Origin: Candidatus Eiseniibacteriota bacterium
GTDB lineage: Bacteria > Eisenbacteria > RBG-16-71-46 > CAZAMP01
NCBI GenBank assembly: GCA_965224245.1
Contig: OZ245046.1
Coordinates: 4,768,001 to 4,832,000 of the forward strand
Direction: 5' to 3'
DNA length: 64,000 bases
The notes beneath the pieces are model-generated. The model ran no database searches, had not been told where the DNA came from, and saw nothing but the letters and a program-made list of their open reading frames with translations. Position numbers and translations under genes: made by a program. Of the stretch, positions 8,729-18,529 are shown piece after piece (the stretch's first letter is position 1; every line of letters begins with the position of its first letter).

Positions 8729-9715
8729 ATGACCCCGCTCGCGGGCGCCCGGGCCTGGCGCCGGGCCTTGCCGTGGGCGACGGTGCTCGCCGTCGCGATT
8801 CCGCTGCAGCTCCTGGTGGGCGGGCCCGGCGGCCTCTGGTGGTCGGCCCTCCTGGACGCCGGGCATGCGCCCCTGTCGGGCTTGATCGCGCTGGCCGTGC
8901 TTCAGATCTCGGCCACGATCCGCCCGGAGCTCGAGGATCGTCGGGCCCGCCGGTACGGACTCGCCTTCGCGCTGGCGATCATCGTCGGGGCACTCATCGA
9001 GGCCAGCCAGCTTCCGGGCCCGCGAGACGCCGATGAGTGGGATCTCGTCCGGGACGTTCTGGGCGCCGCGGCTTTTCTATTGTTTCGTCTCGCGGGGGAC
9101 GTTCGAACCTCTCCGGTGCGATCCGTGGCGTCCCCGCTCCTGGCATCCGGGTTGCTGACCCTCGCGTTCTGGCACCTCGGAGCGCTGACCGTGGCCTACC
9201 TGGAGCGCAACGCGACCTTCCCTCGACTCTGCGACTTCGAGCACGGCTGGGAGCGGCGGTTCGCCGTTCCGTCGGACGCCGACCTGGACGTCGTCGCCGC
9301 ACCCGACGGCTGGGGACACGATCCGGACGACCGCGTCGGCCGCCTGACCCTGCGGCCGGCAACGTACCCCGGTCTCCAGGTCGTCGCCCCGTACCCCGAC
9401 TGGCGCGGCTACCGGCGACTCGAGTGGGAGATGTACTCCGATGAGGAGCGGGAGATCACGCTCGAGCTCCGCATCCACGACGCGGCGCACACCCAGGAGT
9501 ACGAGGACCGGTACAACCGAACGCTGACCGTTCGACCCGGACGGAACCGGTTCTCAATTCCGCTCGACGAGGTCCGGCGGGCACCGCGGGGGCGCCACAT
9601 GGACATGGCCGCCATCGCGAACCTGGCCATCTTCGCCCATCGGCCGGAGGATCCCATCACGGTGTATCTGGACGCTCTGCGCCTGGCGGGCGGCGACGCC
9701 TCCGATCAGCCGTGA
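8729..9715 (+). CDS. VanZ-like membrane protein fused to a C-terminal carbohydrate-binding-like beta-sandwich
   Basis: 'LDAGHAPLSG...IEASQ..GPRDADEWDLVRDVLGA' is the VanZ pattern. C-terminal 'DWRGYRRLEW...LRIHD...RFSIPLDEV...VYLDALRL' resembles CBM11/CIA30 folds. Confidence 0.7.
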   Translation: MTPLAGARAWRRALPWATVLAVAIPLQLLVGGPGGLWWSALLDAGHAPLSGLIALAVLQISATIRPELEDRRARRYGLAFALAIIVGALIEASQLPGPRDADEWDLVRDVLGAAAFLLFRLAGDVRTSPVRSVASPLLASGLLTLAFWHLGALTVAYLERNATFPRLCDFEHGWERRFAVPSDADLDVVAAPDGWGHDPDDRVGRLTLRPATYPGLQVVAPYPDWRGYRRLEWEMYSDEEREITLELRIHDAAHTQEYEDRYNRTLTVRPGRNRFSIPLDEVRRAPRGRHMDMAAIANLAIFAHRPEDPITVYLDALRLAGGDASDQP

Positions 9716-10812
9716 GGCACTCGACCACGACCCAGGATGTCCGCGTAGACCGACTCGATCCCACGGACACACGCGTCGAGGCTGAACTCCTCGGCGCGCG
9801 TCCTCGCCGTCGATCCCATGCGCGCCCGCCTCGCGCCGTCTTCCGCCAGTTCCGAGATGGCGTCCGCGATCTCCTCGGCCCTCCCCGGCTCCACGAGGTA
9901 GCCGGTCTCCGGCGTCACGATCTCCACCATGCCCCCCACGCGGCTCGCGATCACGGGCCGTGACGCCGCGAACGCCTCGATCACGGCGAACCCGAACGGC
10001 TCCTCCCACACCGAGGGAACGACGACCACGTCCGCCGCGGCGTAGACATCGGGGATGTCGCGCCGAAACCCCAGCAGGTGCACCGCGGATTCCAGTCGAT
10101 CGCTCCGGATCGCATCCTCCAGCGGCCGGCGGTCTCCGGCGCCGGCGATCAGGCAGGCCACATCCAGCCCCCGATCGCGGGCGAAATGGGTGGCGCGGAC
10201 CAGGTGGTCGAAGCCCTTCTCCGGCGCGAGTCGGCCGGCCGCCGCCAGGACGAACGTGGACGCGGAGATCCCCAGCTCCTCCCGGACCGCGGACCGGTCG
10301 TCACGGACCCACCGGCTCGTGTCGACCCCGTTCCGGACCCGTGTGACGCGCGTCCGCGGGATGCCGCCGTCCACGAGCAGGGTCTCGATGTATCCGGATA
10401 TCGCGATCAGCCGATGATAGAAGACCCCACCACACGCCAGGGCCGTGACCCGGGTGCGAAACGGATGAGGCAGGTGCCGGGTCATCACCACGGCGGGCAC
10501 GGATGCAATCCGCGCGGCCACGGCCGGAACGATGTAGTCGCGATAGCTGTGCGTATGGACGACGTCGTACCCCTCGCGCATCGACCGCACGCACCGCGGG
10601 AGCGCCTTCCAGTCGTGCTGACTCCGGACCTCGAGCGGTGTGATCGGCACACCGCTCTCCGTCGCTCGACGCTCGAGCTCCGAGCCCCGACGACAGGCGA
10701 TCACCACGTCGTGATGTCGCTCGCGGAGACCCCGGGACGTCTCCAGGACGTACTGCTCGGTCCCGGCCCATCCCGGCATGCCGCTGGCGACCTGCAGGAT
10801 CCGTAGTCCCAC
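9706..10812 (-). CDS. Glycosyltransferase family 4
   Basis: 'LRILQVASG..WAGTEQY', 'GRLAPEKG', 'EEPFGFAVIEAFAASRPVIASRVGG'. GTG start at 10812 after AGGAAGG. Confidence 0.92.
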   Translation of the reverse strand: MGLRILQVASGMPGWAGTEQYVLETSRGLRERHHDVVIACRRGSELERRATESGVPITPLEVRSQHDWKALPRCVRSMREGYDVVHTHSYRDYIVPAVAARIASVPAVVMTRHLPHPFRTRVTALACGGVFYHRLIAISGYIETLLVDGGIPRTRVTRVRNGVDTSRWVRDDRSAVREELGISASTFVLAAAGRLAPEKGFDHLVRATHFARDRGLDVACLIAGAGDRRPLEDAIRSDRLESAVHLLGFRRDIPDVYAAADVVVVPSVWEEPFGFAVIEAFAASRPVIASRVGGMVEIVTPETGYLVEPGRAEEIADAISELAEDGARRARMGSTARTRAEEFSLDACVRGIESVYADILGRGRVPHG

Positions 10813-10823
10813 CCGAGGCCTTC

Positions 10824-11591
10824 CTATGTTGACGGCGGCGGGTCCGACGACCGTGGCGTCCGAAACGCGACCAGATCGAACTGGATCTGGCGCCGGAGAT
10901 GGAACGAGAAGTTCGTCTCCAGGATCAAGTGCGGCTCGAAGCCGTGTTCGCGCAGCTGGCTCATGATCGGAAGGTAGCTCGGCTCCCCGCGATAGAGGGG
11001 AACCAGCGAGAGCTCGAGCTGGATGCCGCGTATGCGGTCCAGGGACGCCCTGGAGCCCGCGAGCACCGCGTCCTCGAAGCCCTGCGTGTCGACCTTGACG
11101 AACACCGACGAGTACCGATCCAGGTACGGCGCCAGCACCTCGTCCAGGGGGAGCACGTCCACCTCCTCCGCCCGGATCGCCTCGCTGCCGGGGTACGTCT
11201 CGCGCAGGGTGTCGGTGGCCGCGCGCAGGCTGCTGAGGTCGGACGCGCGCGCGACGTGGATCGTCGCCCTGCCTCGCTCGGCGCCGATGGCCATCCGCGG
11301 TGCGACGAGCCATCGATCGTCGGACGCCGACCGGCGTACGAGGGTCGCGTGCGCGCTCGCGACCGGCTCGATCGACAGAACGTCTCCGTGATAGCCGTAC
11401 AGCCGAAGAAGGTCGTGCGTCTGGCCGACGTTCGCACCCACGTCCACGACCAGATCGATCCCGTTGCTCTGGAGGCACGTGACGAGCTTGTTCCCGTCGG
11501 ACCAGCGGACCCGGTCACGGAAGAGTCTCCGAAGGAGCGGGCTCTTGAGAATCACCTCCTTCGCACCGTCGAGCAGGCTTCGACGAGTCAC
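10824..11591 (-). CDS. FkbM-family SAM-dependent methyltransferase
   Basis: 'VVDVGANVGQ', 'SIEP', 'VKVDTQGFEDAVLAG', 'IQLELSLVPLYRGE'. Confidence 0.9.
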   Translation of the reverse strand: MTRRSLLDGAKEVILKSPLLRRLFRDRVRWSDGNKLVTCLQSNGIDLVVDVGANVGQTHDLLRLYGYHGDVLSIEPVASAHATLVRRSASDDRWLVAPRMAIGAERGRATIHVARASDLSSLRAATDTLRETYPGSEAIRAEEVDVLPLDEVLAPYLDRYSSVFVKVDTQGFEDAVLAGSRASLDRIRGIQLELSLVPLYRGEPSYLPIMSQLREHGFEPHLILETNFSFHLRRQIQFDLVAFRTPRSSDPPPST

Positions 11592-11684
11592 CGCACCGTC
11601 CTTCCCGATCTGTGGCCCGGCGATGGCTCCGGTCGCGCGCGACCGCCGATCGGCGGCGCTCCGGATCCGACACCGCCCGCCCCA

Positions 11685-12764
11685 CTAGTCACGTCGTCGC
11701 CCGTCGGTTTCGCCCACGAGAAGCGCCAGGCGGAGCAGGCGCCGGATGAACAGCTCGTGCGTGTAGTAGCGCTCGACGTGCTGTCTGGCCCGGGCACCCA
11801 TGGCCGCGACCTGGTCGTCGTCGTTCCAGAGCTGGACGATCCGCTCCCGGAGGCGGGCCGAGTCTCCGGAGGGTACGACGTATCCCGTCTCGCCTTCGAG
11901 GATGTAGTCGCCCGCCGCGATGTCGTCCGCGGCCAGCACGGGCTTCCCGTGCCACATCCCGTTGCAGAAGTTCGCCTCGCCACCCCCCTTGAGGCCCGTG
12001 GAGACCATCGGGATCACCACGAACCGGGACGCGGCCTGAAGCTGAGCGAACGCCGGCTCCTCGGCCGCGATCACGATGATGTTCGGCAGGCGTTCGATGG
12101 TGCCCCGGACCCGTCGATCGGTGGCGCTGATCACGACGGGAATGCCGGTGCCCCGGACGGCGTCCACGAGGCACCGGTAGTCGCGCTTTCCGTTGCCCCC
12201 CGAAAAGACATAGCGGCCGGCGGGAAGGTCGTACCCCGGCCACTTGGAGTGATTGGCCTTGAACGGCAGGTACACGAATCGCGTCTCGGGCAGGCGCAGG
12301 AACCGCGCATGCGACGCGACCTGCGGCCTCGACCACACCACGCTCAGCTGGTACCCCTGGTAACACCGTCGGAGAATACCTCGCTTGACGGGCGAGTCCG
12401 TCTCGACGAACACGTCCCAGCAGAGCAGCGACCCGCGGGATCCAAAGAGGAGGTGATTGATCGCACCACACAGCAAGGCGACGTGCGTCGCCCCGTTCAC
12501 GAGGACGACCGTCCGCCGGCGGACGGCCCGGCGGACCAGCTGCCAGGCGTAGGCGAGGTCGCCGAGGAGCGGTATCGGTCTCAGCAGGCGCGCGAGAAAA
12601 CCCCGCCGCACCCACTCCACGGTCATCTCCTCGCAGGGCGTGAACTCCTCGTGCGACAGGAGGCGAACGTCGTCGGAAACCGGCCAGGAGGGGCAATCGA
12701 GCACGCGCCAGTCGTGCCGGACGTCATCGAGCGTCGGTTCCGAGGTCACACCGCCGGCCGCCAC
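11685..12764 (-). CDS. Glycosyltransferase (GT4-like)
   Basis: 'FSGGNGKRDY', 'GKPVLAAD...DYILEGETGYVVPSGDSARLRERI...MGARARQHVERYYT'. Start approximate. Confidence 0.85.
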   Translation of the reverse strand: MAAGGVTSEPTLDDVRHDWRVLDCPSWPVSDDVRLLSHEEFTPCEEMTVEWVRRGFLARLLRPIPLLGDLAYAWQLVRRAVRRRTVVLVNGATHVALLCGAINHLLFGSRGSLLCWDVFVETDSPVKRGILRRCYQGYQLSVVWSRPQVASHARFLRLPETRFVYLPFKANHSKWPGYDLPAGRYVFSGGNGKRDYRCLVDAVRGTGIPVVISATDRRVRGTIERLPNIIVIAAEEPAFAQLQAASRFVVIPMVSTGLKGGGEANFCNGMWHGKPVLAADDIAAGDYILEGETGYVVPSGDSARLRERIVQLWNDDDQVAAMGARARQHVERYYTHELFIRRLLRLALLVGETDGRRRD

Positions 12765-12776
12765 ACGTCAATGCCT

Positions 12777-13691
12777 CTACCCGCCGAGACTCAGCGATCG
12801 CTTGGCCCGCCCGGTCATCGACTTCGAGAGTCGATACATGCCCGGGAAGTAGCGGTATGCGGTCTCCTTCACCATGCCCTTCACGCCGGTGGGGAAGATG
12901 TTCGGATAGAACACCGGATGGAGTCGTCGCGACGACCCCTCGTCGGCCATGGCGATGTAGTCGTCGAGAAACGTATCGGAGCGGGGATCCAGGGTCGGCT
13001 TCGTGGCGTTGCCCGTTCGCACCGGAGAGGTCGTGTGCCACATCGCGAGCATGTGACGGGCGTTGGGAGAACGGTTGGACGTCCCGCGGTGAATCAGATA
13101 CGGGAATCGAATGACGACCGAGCCGAGCGTCGTGTTCACACGCGCCGGCGTGTGGATCGCGAGCACGTCCTTGATCGACCGCTCCTCGTACTCGGGCCGG
13201 TGCGTACCGGGAATCGCCTCCAGACTGCCATTCCGCTCGTCGACGTCGCAGAGCGGGATGTTCACGAGCAGCCTCTTCGCCGACCAGTCGTCGACGTCGC
13301 TGTGAAACTCCTGCGGCACGCTTCTCGGGGCGTTGGTGTTCCCGCCGACTCCTTCGATGAACACGGGGGCACCCAGCACGGCCGACGTGATCGAGAGGAG
13401 CACCTCGTTCGCCAGGACGCTCCGATCCACGAACTCGGGGTACGTGACCGGGTGGATTCCGAGATGGCCGATGACACGTCCGCCCCCCAGCCAGGCGCTC
13501 TTTCCGCTGTTGAAGCTCGACCAGTCCCCGTCCAGACGCTCGCGGAGCCGCTCCAGGCGCTCGGGCGGGATCACGTTCGATACGACGACGTATCCGTTCT
13601 CCCGCAGGTGATCGGCCGCGGTCGCCAGCCGGTCCGGATCGAGGACCCGCTGATCTCGCTCGTGATCCGACAGCTCGATGCTGGACGACAC
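12777..13691 (-). CDS. Phytanoyl-CoA dioxygenase (PhyH)-family Fe(II)/2-oxoglutarate oxygenase
   Basis: 'LRENGYVVVSNVI', HxD 'QEFHSD', 'NGSLEAIPGTH', distal His/Arg 'IHRGTSNRSPNAR'. Confidence 0.85.
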   Translation of the reverse strand: MSSSIELSDHERDQRVLDPDRLATAADHLRENGYVVVSNVIPPERLERLRERLDGDWSSFNSGKSAWLGGGRVIGHLGIHPVTYPEFVDRSVLANEVLLSITSAVLGAPVFIEGVGGNTNAPRSVPQEFHSDVDDWSAKRLLVNIPLCDVDERNGSLEAIPGTHRPEYEERSIKDVLAIHTPARVNTTLGSVVIRFPYLIHRGTSNRSPNARHMLAMWHTTSPVRTGNATKPTLDPRSDTFLDDYIAMADEGSSRRLHPVFYPNIFPTGVKGMVKETAYRYFPGMYRLSKSMTGRAKRSLSLGG

Positions 13692-13939
13692 CGTGTCACC
13701 CTCTTCTGCTGATTCTGAGGCTCGGAAGACCGATGGCGGAGAACGCGCCGGCCCGCCACGAACGAGGAACGATACCATCGTCCATGAATATGGACAATGC
13801 TAACGTGCTTCGCGGAAACAGGTTGGGCCGCCGACCCTCGGCCGCCGGGCGGGGATCCGCGGCTCCCTGTGCATCCGGATCGAGCGCGGCGAGCACGGTC
13901 GGGGACGGGGCGGTGCGGCGGCCCGATGTGGGCCTCGGA

Positions 13940-15979
13940 TCAGGGGGTGAAGGTGATCGTCTCGTCGAGCGCGCGGTCCACGAGGAGATCAGTCGTCGCG
14001 GTCGCCCCGTCGGTGTCAACCGTAACCGTGTGGGGCGTATAGTCTTCCCGATTCATGGCCACGTCCGCGGTGTTCCAGATCCGCAGCTGCGAGAGAACGG
14101 TCTGCACGATACCGGCGCCATCGGTCGTGCCGGAGAACACCGTCTCGCCGAGCGCATCGCGGACCGTGACATGCGCACCTGACAACGCCGATCCGCCCCC
14201 GCCCACGACCGTGAGCCTCACGGTCCAGTCGACGCGGTACTCACCGGACCCCACCCATCCGCCGTACCCGATCGGCGTCATCTCGACCAACCCGGCGTCG
14301 ACTCCGTCCAGAAACTCGGTGTCCTGGATGATCACCGACACGGGATCGCGGTTGTTGAAGTACGTGCCCACGAAGTCAAGGGCGGGGTTCGTGCCCCGCG
14401 CGAACGTGTTGTGGTCGTACCGGACGCCCGAACATCCATGCCAGTAGTTGTAGAGGATCGACGAATCTGCCGTCACCCGGTTGTCCCGGAACGTCAGTCC
14501 TCCGTCGACGATCACCACCGAGATCCCGTCGGCCCGCGCCGACGTGGCGCCGACGCGCTCGGCGATCAGCTCGTTCTCGACGACCAGGTTGTTGGCGCCG
14601 GTGGTGAGGTTCGTGGCTCGAACGGCCTTCGCGTCGCACTCGAGCGCGCGCGCCCGGATGGTGTTCGCGTAGACGAGCACGTCCCGGGCCCCGTCCTCTA
14701 GCTGGACCCCGTATGCACCCCCCAGCTGACAGCCGCCATACTCGTCGTTCTGCGGGAGCTCGGTCACGTCGATGTCGTTGTCGTAGACGACGCACGACGG
14801 ACTGTTCACGTGCACTCCGCGCCCGCTCACGGGATGGATCGTGTTCTCGAACACCTCGACCCGCTCGCCGTACGCGTAGACGGAGAAGTCGTTGCTGTAG
14901 CGACCGTTCTGGCTGATGTCGTTTCGGTACACCTGGCTTCCGGCGGCCCGGACGATGATCCCGCCCTGCGCTCCGCCGATCAGCACGTTGTCGTGCACCA
15001 GATCCGGGCCGTACTCGCCGGGGCGAGCGATCCGGACCAGGGTGCCGTCGATCTGATGTCGGTTCCCGATCACGGTGACGTTGCTGATCAGCGTGTTGTC
15101 GTGCACGTCGAAGTTCCCGCGCAGAGCGGAGTCGGCGACCCAGATGTTCACGGCCGAGTTTCCGGACACCTCGATCTCGAGGTTCGAGATGTCGTAGTGG
15201 CCCGTCGAGTTCATCTGGTAGAAGGCGATGGCGTGGCTCCTTTCGCCGCCGCCCGCGCCTTGCCGGATCGTCCCGTTGCGGATGGCCAGGCCGGCGTCGT
15301 TGCCGCCCAGCGGGTTGTCCTCGACGCCGGCCCAGGACGCACCCGAGATCACGCCGTGATGCGGGCTCGTGCTCGGGCTCTCCGCGTACACGATCGTGTG
15401 GCCGTTCAGATCCAGCGTGATGTTCGGCGCCTGCACCGAGAAGCACGTCCCGTCGCAGGTGAGATCGGTCTCGAGGACGTAGTCCGCGCCGTCGACATCC
15501 AGGATGCCCGGCGCCGAGAGCGGTATCGTGGGGATCTCGTCCAGCGCGACTCCCCACAGCTCGACCTCCCGGTCGCCGTCGTCGGTCGAGATCGTCAGAA
15601 GCCCGTCGAATGCACCGAGTGTCTCCGGGACGAAGCTGACACGGAACCCGCCGGCGATCGTCGTCACCGTGAACGGTCCGGTGACGCTGGCACCGATGAC
15701 GCCCGATCCGTCCGTTCCGACGCTCCGCGCGAGAACGTCCCGGGCCTGAACGGGATCGTCCAGCCGCTGCTTCTCGAATCGCACGAACGCCGGCTCGACG
15801 ATCAGGAGCGACACCGTCCGGGACTCGGGCGGGGACGCCGGCGAGGACGGCGGGTCTCCGTCGTCCGGCGGGTCGACCGGGGAGACGCTGCACGCGGCGA
15901 GCAGCACGACCGGGATCAGGGCGTACATCGACGAGGCGCCTGGCAACGAGGATCGAACGGTTCTTCTGGTGGCCGGCAT
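13940..15979 (-). CDS. Lipoprotein with right-handed parallel beta-helix and a C-terminal carboxypeptidase-regulatory-like Ig domain
   Basis: Lipobox 'VLLAAC'; 'NITLDLNGHTI' followed by repeated 'V..N.I' PbH1 turns; C-terminal 'LSGAHVTV......SGTTDGAG'. Start 15979 or 15928. Confidence 0.75.
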   Translation of the reverse strand: MPATRRTVRSSLPGASSMYALIPVVLLAACSVSPVDPPDDGDPPSSPASPPESRTVSLLIVEPAFVRFEKQRLDDPVQARDVLARSVGTDGSGVIGASVTGPFTVTTIAGGFRVSFVPETLGAFDGLLTISTDDGDREVELWGVALDEIPTIPLSAPGILDVDGADYVLETDLTCDGTCFSVQAPNITLDLNGHTIVYAESPSTSPHHGVISGASWAGVEDNPLGGNDAGLAIRNGTIRQGAGGGERSHAIAFYQMNSTGHYDISNLEIEVSGNSAVNIWVADSALRGNFDVHDNTLISNVTVIGNRHQIDGTLVRIARPGEYGPDLVHDNVLIGGAQGGIIVRAAGSQVYRNDISQNGRYSNDFSVYAYGERVEVFENTIHPVSGRGVHVNSPSCVVYDNDIDVTELPQNDEYGGCQLGGAYGVQLEDGARDVLVYANTIRARALECDAKAVRATNLTTGANNLVVENELIAERVGATSARADGISVVIVDGGLTFRDNRVTADSSILYNYWHGCSGVRYDHNTFARGTNPALDFVGTYFNNRDPVSVIIQDTEFLDGVDAGLVEMTPIGYGGWVGSGEYRVDWTVRLTVVGGGGSALSGAHVTVRDALGETVFSGTTDGAGIVQTVLSQLRIWNTADVAMNREDYTPHTVTVDTDGATATTDLLVDRALDETITFTP

Positions 15980-16214
15980 GCTCGCCTCTCTCGTGTCGCC
16001 TGGGGTCCCGCGGGGAAGTCGTGCGGGCGGGACACGACGCACGAGGACGGGGGTCGGGACGCCTCTCTCAACGGGCACACTCCACTTCTGGGTTTCGGAC
16101 ACGAACGCGCGGCGCTCGATTGGCGATGAGAGCTCGAGGCGGGCCGGTGGCTCGTCGCGGCCACCGCCGATCCATCGGCCTGCACGATAGCATGACCGTC
16201 GGCGTGCGGCGGAC

Positions 16215-17354
16215 TCAGGACCGGCGCTGGCTCCGAGCAGCCACTGACGCGTAGAGCTCCTCCAGCTGCGGCATGACCACGCCCCAGTCGTGACGGGAAA
16301 CCGCGACCCGGCGGGCCTCGGCTCCGATCCTTCGCCGGAGGTCGGCGTCTCGAAGCAGTCGCGAAAGCGCGCCGGTGAACCCGTTCCGGTCTCCGAGGTC
16401 GAACAGGTAGCCACTCTCGCCGTGCGAGATGAGCTCCTCGCTGCCGCCCACCCTCGACACCACAGAGGGCTTCCCGGCGACCATGCACTCGAGGACGGCG
16501 TTCGAGCTGCTCTCGCTTCGTGACACGAGCACGCCGACGTCGAATGCCTGCACGTCGCGCTCCGGATCCGAGGTGAAGCCGGGCAGTACGAATCTCCTGC
16601 CCAGCCCCCGCGCCGCGACTCTCGCCTCGAGCGAGCGTCGCTGCGGCCCTTCACCGAGGACGACCACGGCCGCGCCCGGCGCGTCGCCCAGGACGTCGGC
16701 CGCGGCCTCCACGAGAAACTCGAGGTTCTTGATCGGGCGCAGGTTGGCCAGCGCCCCGACCACCACCGCGTCGGCGGGAAGGCCCCATCCGGCCTTGATC
16801 GACCCGATCGTCTCCTCATCGAGGGGGGTGCGCCGCGAGACGTCGATGCCGTTCGGGATCGTCGTGACCCGATCGGGTGGGAGTCTCTCGATGCGCATCG
16901 CGGCCTCGGCCGCCGCTCTCGAGTTGGCCACGTAGTGGGTGGTGATGCGCGAGAGAATCCGGAGCGCGTTCCGGTGACGAATCGTGTACCAGTAGTCGGC
17001 ACCGATGCTGCGCCGGCTGGCGATGACGGGGACCTTCGCCCATCGGCCCCAGAACGCCCCGAACAGGTTCGAGTCGAGCAGAAAGGTGTGAACGAGGTCG
17101 ATGTTCCGATCGCCACAGATCTCCCGAAGCCGGCGACCTGCTCGCCAGAAATCCAGGCGGCCGAAGTAGGTGAAGTTCAGCGTGTCGGTGGGGCAGGGAA
17201 GCGTCAGGTTCGCCGGTCGGTTCGCTCCGCGCAGGAACACGAGGTGCGGCTCGAAACGGCGCCGATCGAGCCGCTCCAGCGTGGCCACGAGCTGCTTCTC
17301 GGTTCCTCCGGCCGTCGGGCCGATCTCGTCGATCAGACACAGGATGCGGATCAT
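16215..17354 (-). CDS. Glycosyltransferase family 4
   Basis: 'GGTEKQL', 'IPNGID', 'ANLRPIKN', 'SESSSNAVLECMVAGKPSVVSRVGG'. Confidence 0.92.
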   Translation of the reverse strand: MIRILCLIDEIGPTAGGTEKQLVATLERLDRRRFEPHLVFLRGANRPANLTLPCPTDTLNFTYFGRLDFWRAGRRLREICGDRNIDLVHTFLLDSNLFGAFWGRWAKVPVIASRRSIGADYWYTIRHRNALRILSRITTHYVANSRAAAEAAMRIERLPPDRVTTIPNGIDVSRRTPLDEETIGSIKAGWGLPADAVVVGALANLRPIKNLEFLVEAAADVLGDAPGAAVVVLGEGPQRRSLEARVAARGLGRRFVLPGFTSDPERDVQAFDVGVLVSRSESSSNAVLECMVAGKPSVVSRVGGSEELISHGESGYLFDLGDRNGFTGALSRLLRDADLRRRIGAEARRVAVSRHDWGVVMPQLEELYASVAARSQRRS

Positions 17355-17455
17355 GGGCCGGCGACGTCACCGGTGACGGCTCGGGTCGATGAGCGCGTGA
17401 CGGCCTCACGCTCGACCGCCGCCCACCCACGGGGTACGGGGAGGGTCATCGCGCG

Positions 17456-18385
17456 CTACGGCTGGTAACGGGACAGCTCCGGCTTCCGGGTCTTGTATCT
17501 CTCAAACGCGTCTTCCCAGCTGCGCGACATTTTCTCGGTCCACACGACGTCGTTGGGCTGCGCCTTGAACCATCCGCAGTACCGGCAGAGGACCTTCATC
17601 TGCTCGCGCAAGGCGCTCTCGTCGACCTGGTCCAGCCGCGGGATCCCCACGTCGAACCCGAACACGCGGGCGACGTTCATGCAGGGTGAACACGGATAGT
17701 ATCCGTACATCGTCGCACACAGACCGTAGGTCACGCTGATCCGGCTGCATCCCTTGGAGAAGTCGGAGAACCGATACGCGGGAACGTCGATCGGCGCCAC
17801 GTTGTAGGTCGCGAACGCGTAGCTCTGGGTTCCCGCCGCCTTGCTCGAGTTGTTCACGAGCACCCATTCCGCAAGCCGGTCGAGGACCGCATTCACCTTC
17901 GGCCCGACGCCGTTGGTCTCCAAGACGAACTGACACTCCGGATGGAAGGACCGGTACCGATCCAGCTCGGCGAGAAGATCGAAGAACTGCGGATGAAGCG
18001 ACGCCTCGCCGCCGGTGATCACGATTCGATCCCAGAAGTACTCGAGCCGGATCGCCTCGTCCACGATCGACCGGAGCTGCTCCACGCTCAGCATGTCCGA
18101 GGACACGGCTTGCTTGGCCGAGGTCTGACAGTTGTGGCAGCTCAGGTTGCAGGCGGCGGTGACGAAGATGCCCAGGTTGTTGTTCGAGTAGTACCGGTCA
18201 TGAAAGACCGTGGAGGCATGCAGCGCCCGGTACGCGCGTCGAGCGGCTCGGAACAGGCGCGAGCTCTCTCCGTCGTTCGCGATCGCGGCCTTGACTCGAC
18301 TCTTGAAGCTGGGCTTGCTCGACACACCCGAGCCGTCTCCGAGACGGTCGCTGTAGTGGGAGCAGGCCGGGACGCGTTGCGACAT
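17456..18385 (-). CDS. Radical SAM protein with a Cys-rich C-terminal extension
   Basis: CX3CX2C 'CNLSCHNC', 'ITGGEASLHP', 'ETNG'; extra Cys 'GCS...LC...PCSPC...LCRYC'. Start approximate. Confidence 0.85.
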   Translation of the reverse strand: MSQRVPACSHYSDRLGDGSGVSSKPSFKSRVKAAIANDGESSRLFRAARRAYRALHASTVFHDRYYSNNNLGIFVTAACNLSCHNCQTSAKQAVSSDMLSVEQLRSIVDEAIRLEYFWDRIVITGGEASLHPQFFDLLAELDRYRSFHPECQFVLETNGVGPKVNAVLDRLAEWVLVNNSSKAAGTQSYAFATYNVAPIDVPAYRFSDFSKGCSRISVTYGLCATMYGYYPCSPCMNVARVFGFDVGIPRLDQVDESALREQMKVLCRYCGWFKAQPNDVVWTEKMSRSWEDAFERYKTRKPELSRYQP

Positions 18386-18529
18386 GGGGCACTCCTTCTC
18401 GCCACGGGGCTCGCCTCCGACGGGCCGGTTTCCCGCGATCCCAACGCCGGTGGCCTTCGAATCATACACCTCTCGGCGCTCTCGTTTCGCATCGAAGGTC
18501 GGCGCTTCAATGGACTGCTATAAGACCAC

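Noticed and set aside
10899-13712. 937-aa plus-strand ORF and similar long antisense ORFs (e.g. 46740..49565, 6098..8608)
   Set aside because: They lie opposite well-supported genes and have no recognisable domains; they are GC-bias artefacts.
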